Assembly: GCA_027485695.1 (NCBI GenBank)
Contig: JAIXQO010000009.1
Coordinates: 73,157-137,156, forward strand
Direction of reading: 5' to 3'
DNA: 64,000 nucleotides
Origin: Pseudomonadota bacterium
Lineage (GTDB): Bacteria; Bdellovibrionota; UBA1018
Under the pieces are notes generated by a model, which was given only the letters and a program-made list of their open reading frames with translations, had not been told where the DNA came from and searched no databases. This document shows positions 49,776 through 59,818 of this stretch, one piece after another; position 1 is the stretch's first letter; each line of letters starts with the position of its first letter. The position numbers and the translations under genes are program-made.

Positions 49776-50469
49776 GCTACTTTACTCCGTCACTACAAAC
49801 GCGCAAGATCACCTCATGAGACCTATCCTCACCGCATTCAAAGATTCCCCGGACCGAGGCCAAGGGTTCGCGCGAGATATGCGCGTACGTTGGGCGCTTG
49901 AAGAAGCGGGACAAACTTATGACGTTAAGCTCGTCACTTTTGATGAGATGGAACAACCGGAATACTTGGCTCTCCAGCCGTTTGGGCAGATCCCCGCGTT
50001 CATCCAGGGAGACCTCACCCTGTTTGAAACGGGCGCTATTTTGCTTCATCTTGCCGAAACATTTCCAAGCCTGTTGCCCGCCCATCCCACGAAACGCGCG
50101 CAGGCTATTTCGTGGATGTTCGCCGCCCTCAACACGGTCGAACCCCCCATCGTACAACTCGAGGTCGCCCATCACCGAGAGACCGGAGAGTCCTGGTATT
50201 CAAAACGTCTGCCATTTCTACAAAACCAGATTCGGGACGTGTTGAGCGACCTCGCAAAATTTTTAGACTCCCGAGATTGGCTACTCAACGAGTTTTGCGC
50301 AAGTGACATTCTCATGATGACCGTGCTCAGGAGGGCTGAGGGCACTGGCCTCCTTGATGAGTTCCCTACGCTCCCTGCATACATCAAGCGCGGAGAAAGC
50401 CGCCCGGCTTATCAGCGGGCGTTTGCGGATCAACTCGAAATTTACCTACGACAGAATCCAAAAAAATAG
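49768..50469 (+). CDS. Glutathione S-transferase family protein
   Basis: SPDRGQGFARDMRVRWALEE, QPFGQIP, LFETGAIL. ATG 49816 is an alternative start. Confidence 0.93.
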   Translation: MNELLYSVTTNAQDHLMRPILTAFKDSPDRGQGFARDMRVRWALEEAGQTYDVKLVTFDEMEQPEYLALQPFGQIPAFIQGDLTLFETGAILLHLAETFPSLLPAHPTKRAQAISWMFAALNTVEPPIVQLEVAHHRETGESWYSKRLPFLQNQIRDVLSDLAKFLDSRDWLLNEFCASDILMMTVLRRAEGTGLLDEFPTLPAYIKRGESRPAYQRAFADQLEIYLRQNPKK

Positions 50470-50501
50470 TTCCGATTAACCACGCGGTTGATCCACATCG
50501 A

Positions 50502-51377
50502 CTACATCAATGATTCTATTTTTTTTAGTGTCGCCTCACACCAGGTCTGATCGTCGCTCGTGAGCTGCTCGAAATAGACTCGTACTTGTTGACTGGCGTG
50601 AGTAAATCCAGACAGATCATTCCGAGCCAGCTCGACTAGAGCCAAAACTTCATACCCAAAGAAAAACTCAAGCGCAGGAGCGTTGTTTTCTTTTACCATC
50701 GCTAAACAAGCACGAGCATGCTCAAGCGCGCGATCCAAATCGCCCGCTTTTAAATGAGATTGGGCAAGTCGATACTCGGCCCTCTCCACCTGAAGCCAAC
50801 CCCCAGCGATCTCCCAGTGTGTTCTTGCCGTCTGAGCAGCTAAGATCATGAGCTTCTCTTCGATCGACGTGCGAGACGCAAGACTCTCTAACTCACATGC
50901 CAAGTTATTACCCGCCACTGCGAGCGCGCGATGCGCTGGATCTCCGCTCGGCAGCCCTTGACCCGCGAGCAACTGTGACTTTTGAAATAGTTCAAGTGCT
51001 CGATCATTCAGCCCCCGACCACTCAGCGCAGCCGAAGCGACCGATAGGATCTGAACTTGATCAGATAAGGAAAATTCTATCAGCGTACTTCTCTCGCCAC
51101 TCGCTAGCTCGAGCGAAGCAATCGACCGAGCTATCACTGACTCCGCATCGACTCCCTTTTGGTAGCCGAGTGCATTTCTCAATTCTGCTAGGGTACGAAT
51201 CCCCTCGTCCCAGCGACCGAGATGCTCCCCCATCACGTGAGTGATGAGTTTTGCGATCGGCGCGATTTGTTCGCCCTCCGTCACGAGCTGGATGGCATCT
51301 GCGAATCGCCTGGCGACGCCCTCAGCCTGCGTTCCATGATCGTTCCAAGCCTGTTCCATGAACTCTTTGAAACTCAC
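50502..51377 (-). CDS. TPR-like all-helical hypothetical protein
   Basis: Ala/Leu-rich helical repeats, including RAEYRLAQSHLKAGDLDRALEHARACL. Confidence 0.75.
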   Translation of the reverse strand: MSFKEFMEQAWNDHGTQAEGVARRFADAIQLVTEGEQIAPIAKLITHVMGEHLGRWDEGIRTLAELRNALGYQKGVDAESVIARSIASLELASGERSTLIEFSLSDQVQILSVASAALSGRGLNDRALELFQKSQLLAGQGLPSGDPAHRALAVAGNNLACELESLASRTSIEEKLMILAAQTARTHWEIAGGWLQVERAEYRLAQSHLKAGDLDRALEHARACLAMVKENNAPALEFFFGYEVLALVELARNDLSGFTHASQQVRVYFEQLTSDDQTWCEATLKKIESLM

Positions 51378-51453
51378 GATACTGCTCCTTCCTGCAGATT
51401 ATATTGTATACAACTGCTATACAATTTCCACTCGACTGCGACCGGATCTCCCA

Positions 51454-52446
51454 CTAAAAAGCGCTCACCATTTGGAGCAACTCCCCAGCCGTCCGCGCGT
51501 TCTTCACCGCCATGAGAACCGGACGTGGCACCTCATCTGAAATATCTCGGACCATTCCCACCCACTGCTTGACCCGACTTGGGATAAACCCTGCGTTGTC
51601 GGCCTGGTCTTGAATCAGTTGAACGTAGCGCTCAATCCCCATCCGCAAACGATCTGAATGATTCAATGGAACATCGGCACGGAGAATGGGTAGCTTCAGC
51701 GACTGACGTATATCGTGAGCCAGGAACGGATTTTTTAGAATCCCGCGACCGATCATGAAATGCGAACACCCGGTCTCCGCAATACAGCGCGCGACGTCTT
51801 CGGAAGAAAATAGGTCTCCATTTGCGATCACCGGTATTGAGATTTTTGATCGCACCCGCGCCACTGCATCCCAATGCACTCCCGGCTGATAGCGCTCTTG
51901 TTTGGTACGCGCATGAATCGTGAGCCAACTAGCGCCGCCCGCTTCGACGGCTTTGGCGATTTCGTCGATCTCATTCGGATTTTCCCAACCGAGTCGCACT
52001 TTTGCGGATACAGGAATTTGTGCAGGCAGTGCCTTGCGAACGGCACTTAAGATGTCGGTAAGCGCGCAAGGGGTTCGGAGGAGCGCAGAGCCGCCTGACC
52101 TGCGAAGGATCGTAGGGGCGGGACAACCAAAATTAATATCTATTGCGCGAGCGCCCGCGATACACGCCTCAATCGCCGTTCCGGCCATGAGCTCTGGCGA
52201 ATCGCCTAAGATCTGCAATTGAATCGGAAGGCGCGCGCGACCAAACACGGGCCCATTCAAATCGGGTATCTCTTGAAGGATCCTCGCGGCACTTACCACC
52301 TCTTGCCCGACGCGAACAAACTCCGAAACACCGTAATCAAAACCACCCAGATCAGCGATCAGTGCCCGCATCGGCGCGTCCATGACGCCTTCCATCGGCG
52401 CAAGTACCAGTGCAGTCTGATTTGGATCGAGGAAATTCATGATCAA
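51454..52446 (-). CDS. dusC: tRNA-dihydrouridine synthase (DusC-like)
   Basis: LAPMEGVMD, INFGCP, HART, ANGD, MIGRG. Confidence 0.88.
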   Translation of the reverse strand: MIMNFLDPNQTALVLAPMEGVMDAPMRALIADLGGFDYGVSEFVRVGQEVVSAARILQEIPDLNGPVFGRARLPIQLQILGDSPELMAGTAIEACIAGARAIDINFGCPAPTILRRSGGSALLRTPCALTDILSAVRKALPAQIPVSAKVRLGWENPNEIDEIAKAVEAGGASWLTIHARTKQERYQPGVHWDAVARVRSKISIPVIANGDLFSSEDVARCIAETGCSHFMIGRGILKNPFLAHDIRQSLKLPILRADVPLNHSDRLRMGIERYVQLIQDQADNAGFIPSRVKQWVGMVRDISDEVPRPVLMAVKNARTAGELLQMVSAF

Positions 52447-52462
52447 ACTTCCTGAAAGCGCG

Positions 52463-53716
52463 TTAACGAGCTGAACGCGTTTTCAGCTTGAGTTTGACTT
52501 TCACTTTTAATGCCCCGGGAGTCTGATCCTTGGGAATGATCTTGAGCCTTGGTTTGAACTCAGGCTCACTCGGCCACTCGGCGGAGCTGTCTTTCTTTTT
52601 AGATTTCTCATGCCGCACGCTCGCAAGCTTGCTCATGAATCGCTCGTCCCGCTCGGTGACAAAATTGATGACCAGTCCTTTGCGACCAGCACGCGCGGTA
52701 CGACCGACGCGGTGGAGATAATTCTCCATTTGAGTCGGCAAGTGGTAGTTGATCACGCGGCCGACGTGCTCGATATCCAAGCCACGCGAGGCCAGATCGG
52801 TCGATACGAGAAACGGGATCTTGCCTTCGCGGAACAGTTTTAAGTTTTTGCGTCGTTCAACCTTATCCATCTCACCACGGTAGATCACGCTCGTATGGCC
52901 GAGCTTCTTCATTTCTTGAGCAAGCTTATCGCACTGTTCGCGCGTATTGGTGAACAGGAGCGTCCCACCTTCGACCGGATCAGCGAGCAATTCCTCGAGT
53001 ACCGGGACCCGCTTGCCGTTAAAAATATCAATGTTCTGAGTCTTGAGTCCGGAAACGACTTGGTGATGGCCTTCGCTCCGAATGACTTCAGCGTTCGCAA
53101 ACAGTTGGGTGATGAGTTCCTGAACTTTTGGCGAAACAGTCGCCGAAAAAAGCGCCATCTGACGACGAGCCGTGCATTCGTTGACGATGCGATTCGCGCC
53201 CGGCAGAAATCCTGGGTCGAGCATCTGGTCCGCCTCATCAAACACGAGGAAGCGTACGTCTGCGAGGCTCACGAGCTTGCGATCGATGAGCTTGATCAGT
53301 CGCCCTGGAGTCGCGACGAGGACTTCGAATTTACCGACGAGGTTCTTTTTTGCGACCTCTAGATCCGTACCACCGAGCACGCTCCTCACACGAAGGCGCG
53401 TCGTATGGGTAAACGGCTTAAACACGCGCGTGACCTGTTCACCTAAGTCACGAGTCGGCACCATCACGATCGCGCGTGGTTGCCCTTCAACGGAAACGGC
53501 GTCCCCGTCATTTTCCATGGTCTTCAGCAAGTGGAGAATCGGTAGTGCGTAAGCAAGCGTCTTACCTCCACCGGTTTCAGCAATACCAACGATGGAGCGT
53601 CCCTCGAGCAGTGCGGGCATTGCTTTGATTTGAATCTCGGTAGGCTCGAGGAAATTCTTCTCGGTGAGCGTCTCTTGAATCGTGGGTAATAGGCCTAAGG
53701 AATTGAAATTTTTCAT
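52463..53716 (-). CDS. DEAD-box RNA helicase
   Basis: AETGGGKT, PTRDL, DEAD, SAT, SRGLD, HRVGRTAR. Confidence 0.96.
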   Translation of the reverse strand: MKNFNSLGLLPTIQETLTEKNFLEPTEIQIKAMPALLEGRSIVGIAETGGGKTLAYALPILHLLKTMENDGDAVSVEGQPRAIVMVPTRDLGEQVTRVFKPFTHTTRLRVRSVLGGTDLEVAKKNLVGKFEVLVATPGRLIKLIDRKLVSLADVRFLVFDEADQMLDPGFLPGANRIVNECTARRQMALFSATVSPKVQELITQLFANAEVIRSEGHHQVVSGLKTQNIDIFNGKRVPVLEELLADPVEGGTLLFTNTREQCDKLAQEMKKLGHTSVIYRGEMDKVERRKNLKLFREGKIPFLVSTDLASRGLDIEHVGRVINYHLPTQMENYLHRVGRTARAGRKGLVINFVTERDERFMSKLASVRHEKSKKKDSSAEWPSEPEFKPRLKIIPKDQTPGALKVKVKLKLKTRSAR

Positions 53717-53992
53717 GAACGAAACAGACTAGAGCAATCAACAATACGCGTCAAGGCGATCCATTCAGCCGCAAATGAACCGGGTTTCTGATCGTGCAAA
53801 AGGCGCGTTCCACAGCCAGGACCGTGGCGACTCCCGAGGGTTTTGGAAACCGTGCACGCATTCGAGCTCAATAGAGGCCTCAGGATTCGTATATGATATT
53901 ATTATCACTATAAACGATTATATTATTGACACATCAGATATCTCAACTCATAACGCAGCGGAGCCGCTTAATCGACGGTTGAGGAGTCATCT

Positions 53993-54358
53993 ATGAAACG
54001 TTCACAGTTTGCAATTTTAGCGTTCACGCTCACCACGTTGACTCTCTTCAGCTCAACTGCGAATGCTTTCACACCGAATCGCACCCTCGGGGATTCCTGC
54101 ACGCTCTCTGCGCAGGATCAAACCGCGCTTTTCTTGCGGTCTAAGCCGATATTCAAAAACCTGCTCGCCGCCGAAAACATTCAGTACCGCATGATCGGAA
54201 TGAGTTGGGCAACGGTGGCCGGAATCCGCTGCAGTTCCTTTATCATCGTTTTAAAAACAGAAGCTGACCGAGTGAAACTACGTACGCTGACCGGCGATTT
54301 TTACCAAGGTCTGCCAGTGATTACCGACGTCGATGCGGAGCCCGTGACCGCACATTAA
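53993..54358 (+). CDS. Hypothetical secreted protein
   Basis: RBS GAGGAG. Signal peptide ending TANA. Confidence 0.7.
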   Translation: MKRSQFAILAFTLTTLTLFSSTANAFTPNRTLGDSCTLSAQDQTALFLRSKPIFKNLLAAENIQYRMIGMSWATVAGIRCSSFIIVLKTEADRVKLRTLTGDFYQGLPVITDVDAEPVTAH

Positions 54359-54626
54359 ACTGTATTTTTACTCGTCTATGAAAACTATTGAACAAATCTG
54401 GCAAGACCGGGCTGTTTGATTCTATCCAGCTCACTCAGATTCTGGGGCAAAAACACCTAAAACTCCTGAGATACGAGACAGATCGTGCTCAACATCATCC
54501 AGCATTTCAAGACTGGGGCTTTTCGCCCCTGAGACTGCAAAGCAGTTGCACTTACTTCAGGGATTATCAAAGCTATTTACGCAAAAGAGCGTTACGCTCC
54601 CCGTAGCCCATTGAAAAGGAGCTGTT

Positions 54627-55892
54627 TTGCCGACCGCCCAAAACGACGAACTCCTCCGCTTACAACGACTCACTCGCGACATCAAAGTCGTTACATCTCT
54701 CCCCTCTATTTGGGTTCACTACACCGTCGATCAAATTGCAAACAGTCTTGCCGAGACGCTGCATCAAAACCTGAATCTAGAGTTTACCTGTGTCTACCTC
54801 ACCAGCTCCCATGAAAATAGCATGAAGGCCTATGGGACCTCTGGTCTCGTGCAAACTGAGCGACTCACGCATTTCAGCGCAATCGTCGATGCGAGCCTCG
54901 AGTCAGGAGAACTCGGCCCTGGACCACGCACGCTCCCAAGCCCACTGGACGGACGGGAGATCTCCGTATTTTTCACGCCAATCGGAAACAACTTCAAAAA
55001 CGGCGCCTTGATGACGAGTGCTAGCCGCCCAGATTTTCCATCTGATTCTGAACGCCTGATCCTCGATATCGCTAGCAGTCAATCTAACGTGGTCGCGGAA
55101 TATAAGTGGGCTCAACACGAGGCAATCCATGCACAGGGCCTGGCCGAAGAAAATTCTCTACGACTTGCGAACATCGTTCTTCAGCTCGAAAGCGAAAAAG
55201 AGCTGCGTGAACGATTCGTCTCGGCACTCACTCACGACCTACGCACACCACTCACAGCGGCAAAAATGAGCGCCCAGCTCCTCTCGCGCAAAGCAGACGA
55301 TCCCAAGATGGTCCAAATGCTGGCCATCCGTATTGCAAAAAACATGGATCGCTCTGACCACATGATTCAAGATTTGCTCGACGCGAACCGGATCAAAGCC
55401 GGCGAAGGCATTCCTATTCACTTGCAAGCCTGCAATTTCGTCGGCTTGATTCGGGAATCCATTAGCCTCCTGGAGCAACTGTACGGACAACGTTTCGTCC
55501 TCCGCGTTGCTTGCGAAGATGCGGTTGGATCTTGCGATATCGGGGCCATGGAGCGAGTGATCGAAAATCTTGCTTCAAATGCCGTAAAATACGGAACGCC
55601 CGGCACACCCATCACCGTTCAGGTTGCCAGGCATCAGGAAAATTGGATTCAACTATCGGTCCACAACGAAGGCAGCCCCATACCACCCGAAGACCAAGAA
55701 ACACTATTCAGCCAGTTCCGAAGAACCGTCTCCGCCGATAGCAGCGGAAAAAAAGGTTGGGGAATTGGCTTAAACCTCGTCCGGGGAATCACAGAAGCGC
55801 ATGGCGGAAACGTCAGCGTCGAGAGCATCCCTGGTAACGGAACGCTATTTACAGTTCAGCTACCCCTGAACGGCAAGGACCTCTCGTCATGA
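54627..55892 (+). CDS. Cytoplasmic sensor histidine kinase
   Basis: H-box LTHDLRTPL, N-box NLASNAVKY, G2 GWGIGL. No TM segment. Confidence 0.93.
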   Translation: MPTAQNDELLRLQRLTRDIKVVTSLPSIWVHYTVDQIANSLAETLHQNLNLEFTCVYLTSSHENSMKAYGTSGLVQTERLTHFSAIVDASLESGELGPGPRTLPSPLDGREISVFFTPIGNNFKNGALMTSASRPDFPSDSERLILDIASSQSNVVAEYKWAQHEAIHAQGLAEENSLRLANIVLQLESEKELRERFVSALTHDLRTPLTAAKMSAQLLSRKADDPKMVQMLAIRIAKNMDRSDHMIQDLLDANRIKAGEGIPIHLQACNFVGLIRESISLLEQLYGQRFVLRVACEDAVGSCDIGAMERVIENLASNAVKYGTPGTPITVQVARHQENWIQLSVHNEGSPIPPEDQETLFSQFRRTVSADSSGKKGWGIGLNLVRGITEAHGGNVSVESIPGNGTLFTVQLPLNGKDLSS

Positions 55893-56269
55893 CCCCGTCA
55901 TCTGCAAAATCAAAAACGATCTTGGTCGTGGAAGACGACTTCAGTATTCGTGAATCGCTCAAAATCGCACTCGAACTCGAGGGATACAAAGTCATCACGG
56001 CCGAAAACGGAAAAATCGCGCTCGAACTGATCAAACAGGAACCAAAACCCTGCCTCGTATTGCTGGATATGATGATGCCGATGATGAGTGGCCGAGAATT
56101 CTTAGATCAAGTCCTTGCCGACTCCGTACTAGCCCCGATACCGGTATTCGTCGTTTCGGCGGTCGCCGACCAGCAAAAATCCGAAGGCGCGATTGGCTTC
56201 ATGAAGAAGCCTGCCGACCTAGATCTACTCCTCAAGTTCGTGGCACAACACACCAGTCGTCTCGCTTGA
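55889..56269 (+). CDS. Single-domain response regulator
   Basis: ILVVEDD, LLDMMMPMMSG, FMKKP. 4-nt overlap with the kinase. Confidence 0.95.
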   Translation: MTPSSAKSKTILVVEDDFSIRESLKIALELEGYKVITAENGKIALELIKQEPKPCLVLLDMMMPMMSGREFLDQVLADSVLAPIPVFVVSAVADQQKSEGAIGFMKKPADLDLLLKFVAQHTSRLA

Positions 56270-56350
56270 AAAACAGCGGATCGTTCGAGCAACACCTCGC
56301 TTGCATAGCGACAACGCGCCTTCTAATCTAGTTAAACAGGAGAACGAACC

Positions 56351-56830
56351 GTGTCGAAAATCTATGCGAGTATCTGGTCGAACGACCAAGCCAGCGAAAT
56401 GGCGAAATTCTATAAATCCGTTTTCAAGGGTACCAAGATCGGCAACACGTCATACTGGGGCAGCAACCCGATGGGCGTCAAAGAGGGCTCTGTACTTACC
56501 ATTCACCTCACTCTGCTCGGCCAGAAAGTTATGCTCCTCAACGGCTTCACCAAGATGCCTTTCAATGAATCAGTGTCGTTCGTTATTCCTTGCAAAAACC
56601 AGCGCGAGATCGACTACTACTGGAAAAAACTTTCCAGCGGTTGCGGCAAACCCGTACAGTGCGGTTGGGTGATTGACCGGTTCGGCGTCCACTGGCAGGT
56701 CGTACCCGCTGAATTTGATAAATGGAACACGAGCAAGAACAAGAAAAAGAAAGAAGCCGTGATGCACGCGATGTGGCAGATGGTAAAACTCGACCACGCC
56801 AAACTGAAAAAAGCCTTCGAAAGAGCCTAG
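56351..56830 (+). CDS. VOC family, 3-demethylubiquinone-9 3-methyltransferase/PhnB-like
   Basis: FNESVSFVIPC..QREIDYYW..LS, QCGWVIDRFGVHWQVVP. Confidence 0.92.
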   Translation: MSKIYASIWSNDQASEMAKFYKSVFKGTKIGNTSYWGSNPMGVKEGSVLTIHLTLLGQKVMLLNGFTKMPFNESVSFVIPCKNQREIDYYWKKLSSGCGKPVQCGWVIDRFGVHWQVVPAEFDKWNTSKNKKKKEAVMHAMWQMVKLDHAKLKKAFERA

Positions 56831-56998
56831 AGTTTCGTTCCGCATTAAGGACCGCGATCATGGTCTACCATCCACTCATTGCACTCCGTTCGAGCACTCC
56901 GACCTTCGTAGACGAGTAGACTACACTCATTTCGCTCTACAAAAGAGAATCGCCATTTCCCATTTGCTGCGGAATGCGTCTGCAAATATACATACGCA

Positions 56999-57838
56999 AT
57001 GTATTTATTTTCCCTGAAACTTCTTCGACCTGCTTTCGGACTGGCTCTACTCATCTCCAGCACCACAGCGCTGCGCCCTGCAAATGCAGCTACCGACGAA
57101 ACTTGGAGTCAATCGCCGATCAGCGAACAAATATTCGATCCAACCGACGATACGAGCAGTGTTGATCCACGTTATCCATTCGGCTATCCAATTGGACAAG
57201 CCCTGAAAAGTCGAAAAACCGGAGATAAAATACAATTTTTTTGCCTCGAACAAGGCGTGGAGATCTGTAACAAATTTCAATTCGTTCTGATTCCAAACGG
57301 TGGCTCCGTACGAGACTGGAGTCGCCTCGGGCCCGTTCTAAAAATAGGACAATATTTTGAGTCAGTATCAGGAAAAAAACAGATCAAGCTCATCAAATCA
57401 AGACTCCGCGAACTCATCCAGAAACACGACCGGAGCGGTGATCACGCCATTGGATTACTGATTTCCGCAGGAGTGCTCGGCAGTTGGCTGACCATCATTT
57501 TGAAACGGCAAGACCTCGTCGAGTCACAAACGACGGACCGCCAGTTTGGTATCTGGATGGCGACATTAGGAAGCTGGGTTGCTTGGAACCTATTCAAAGG
57601 GGGATCTGGCGCGTTCGACCTCACCTATTGGACTGCCCGAGGGTTTGCTAAGTTCAAGGCCAAACATATCCAAGACACGACTCGCGAGAACTACCCGATT
57701 CGTTCTCATTCGATCAGCCAAAAACGTTTCGATATGATCATCGATCGCCTGAAACAGGACCGCCCATACTGGTCGCTCGATCGCATCGACGGCATCGGGA
57801 ACTTGAAACCTGTTCTAGAAGCAGATGTTGGGCAATAG
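56999..57838 (+). CDS. Hypothetical exported/membrane protein
   Basis: Signal-like N-terminus and two internal hydrophobic segments. Confidence 0.7.
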   Translation: MYLFSLKLLRPAFGLALLISSTTALRPANAATDETWSQSPISEQIFDPTDDTSSVDPRYPFGYPIGQALKSRKTGDKIQFFCLEQGVEICNKFQFVLIPNGGSVRDWSRLGPVLKIGQYFESVSGKKQIKLIKSRLRELIQKHDRSGDHAIGLLISAGVLGSWLTIILKRQDLVESQTTDRQFGIWMATLGSWVAWNLFKGGSGAFDLTYWTARGFAKFKAKHIQDTTRENYPIRSHSISQKRFDMIIDRLKQDRPYWSLDRIDGIGNLKPVLEADVGQ

Positions 57839-58186
57839 TTTCTACCCGACCTTTTTCAGAATCAAGTAGTCTCAAACGAGATTTCGATGAGCCAAGTGGA
57901 CATGAAAATCGTGACGCCCACCTCGAAAACCGTTATCGTGGATTCATGACGACGACCACCTGCTATTTCTGCAAAAGCGCCAAAGCCGAATCCCAATGCG
58001 AAACCTGCAAACGTTGGGTTTGCATGCAATGCTCTGGGTCCTACAACCACAATTGCTACCCCCGGGATTAAACCTCTCGGCTCGGGCAACGGCCCCTGAA
58101 TCTTGCTCTGGGTCGTTCCCGGCTTTGGACCGAGGTTCATCTCTATCCAAATTGACAGGACCGGCTTTTCCAACGAGTATCCAGCG

Positions 58187-58504
58187 ATGCCAGAAATTAT
58201 CCTCCGCACCACGCTCGGCCAGTCCTCGCCCAATGACCTGAAAATCAGCGTCAAAGACAATACCTTTAAATTCCTACAGATCTCCTCCGCTGAAACGATT
58301 CGCGTCTCCGCGTATTTCGAACGCGACGAAGCACTCGTTGAAAAAAATTATGCCGAGATTTTCGTAGTCGATGATTGCCGATTTGAGTCTCGAATCCTCG
58401 GCATCACCCCTGGCAGCCGCACTCGCCAAGGCATCTCTCTTCCGAGCGCAATGTACGCCGGTGAGCAGCTCGTGATTGAAGTCGAGCGCGCGCGTCGTCA
58501 GTAG
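58187..58504 (+). CDS. Small hypothetical protein
   Basis: ATG 58187 inside the track ORF 58103-58504. Plausible codon usage. Confidence 0.5.
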   Translation: MPEIILRTTLGQSSPNDLKISVKDNTFKFLQISSAETIRVSAYFERDEALVEKNYAEIFVVDDCRFESRILGITPGSRTRQGISLPSAMYAGEQLVIEVERARRQ

Positions 58505-58657
58505 TCGGTAGGACCGCGATCGAATCGATTCATCCGTATTGTTTCATTCTTTGAGTCCCCCGACGATGACCTTGATCAGATTCGAGAGAGTCTCCCGTGA
58601 GGATCTCCGCATCCTCCATGCTGTTACGCTCTAGATCCGCTACTATCGAGCTTCATC

Positions 58658-59818
58658 ATGAACTCTATTTGCCGATTTCTTTTGGTCGCACTGTTCGTAG
58701 GCGCCTCTCATCTCAATCCAGCCGTCGCACAAACTACGCCGACCGGCCGGAGTATACTAACCCTGATCAGAGAGATCATTCAAATCGCCCAGCAGTTCAA
58801 CGCGACGAGCGGCCCGCAGACCATTCGACTGACGTTCCCGGCATCTCGTATTGTCTATCAACAGGATCTCAAGAAGCAGGGCCGCATCCTGATTGAAGGC
58901 ATCTCGGGAGGAAATCCCACACGCGCATTCGTAAGCCTGAAACGGCGCCCAACTAAAAATAATCCGAACCCGTCGACGACCGCCACTTGGACGGAAATTC
59001 CGGTAAACTCTCAGACGGGAAAAATCCAAACCTCCATTAACGCTCCCTCGGGATGGTATGACCTCAAGATCGTCACGTTTAGAGGTTCAGTACTCCAGGC
59101 CGTGTCCATGATCGAACGCGTCGGCGTGGGAGAAGTATTCCTCATCGCCGGACAGTCGAACGCCTACGGCGCCTACAGCCCACTCCACGTCGCCCACGAT
59201 GATCGAGTCTCCGTGCTGAATGTCGACGCCGGAGGCGCCATCGATACCGCGAACTTGCCGATGAATTTTGCTCAAGCAGGCCCCGGAACCATCACCGGCC
59301 CAAAAGGACATCTATTCGTTTGGGCGGAAATGGCCGACGAACTTGCAGGCCGATTGGATGCTCCCATTTTATTGTTCAACGTCGCGCATCCCGGAACATC
59401 CACTCAGGACTGGGTCCGCACTAAAAACGGCGAAGAAAACGTTGTTTTCGGCGCTGCTCATCCAAATGCGCCTTATTATCACATGCGAGTCGTGCTTCGG
59501 AATTACATCCGCAAACTCGGGGTTCGCGCCGTGCTCTGGCATCAAGGCGAATACGACGGAGGGATCTACACCGAGAACAACACCGGCAAACCCGAAGACA
59601 GAGTCGATGCAGGCACGCCGGTCCCGGGTGGACCTTCTACCCTTTATCGACTCGTGCGGCCGACTTCCGCCGACGAATATGCACAGCGCCTCGGCGAAAT
59701 CGTTCAAGCGAGTCGAAGCGACGCAGGGTCCTCATCACTCGCCTGGGTCGTCGCTCGCGCCTCTTACATGCCGTACAAACCGCCACATTTCTATGGCACG
59801 GCTATGCATCCACGGTGA
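58658..59818 (+). CDS. Sialate O-acetylesterase (SASA/SGNH) family protein, N-terminal part of a frameshifted gene
   Basis: Signal peptide, GVGEVFLIAGQSNA, VLWHQGE, WVVARASY. Lacks the DxxH motif, which is in the next ORF. Confidence 0.85.
   Translation: MNSICRFLLVALFVGASHLNPAVAQTTPTGRSILTLIREIIQIAQQFNATSGPQTIRLTFPASRIVYQQDLKKQGRILIEGISGGNPTRAFVSLKRRPTKNNPNPSTTATWTEIPVNSQTGKIQTSINAPSGWYDLKIVTFRGSVLQAVSMIERVGVGEVFLIAGQSNAYGAYSPLHVAHDDRVSVLNVDAGGAIDTANLPMNFAQAGPGTITGPKGHLFVWAEMADELAGRLDAPILLFNVAHPGTSTQDWVRTKNGEENVVFGAAHPNAPYYHMRVVLRNYIRKLGVRAVLWHQGEYDGGIYTENNTGKPEDRVDAGTPVPGGPSTLYRLVRPTSADEYAQRLGEIVQASRSDAGSSSLAWVVARASYMPYKPPHFYGTAMHPR

Noticed and set aside
54388-54606. 72-aa ORF or decayed sensor domain upstream of the histidine kinase
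   Set aside because: No recognisable similarity in any frame by eye.
57862-58260. 132-aa minus-strand ORF with a hydrophobic C-terminal half
   Set aside because: It overlaps a competing plus-strand ORF and has no clear start or family. The distal part may be a real small gene, but I cannot support it.
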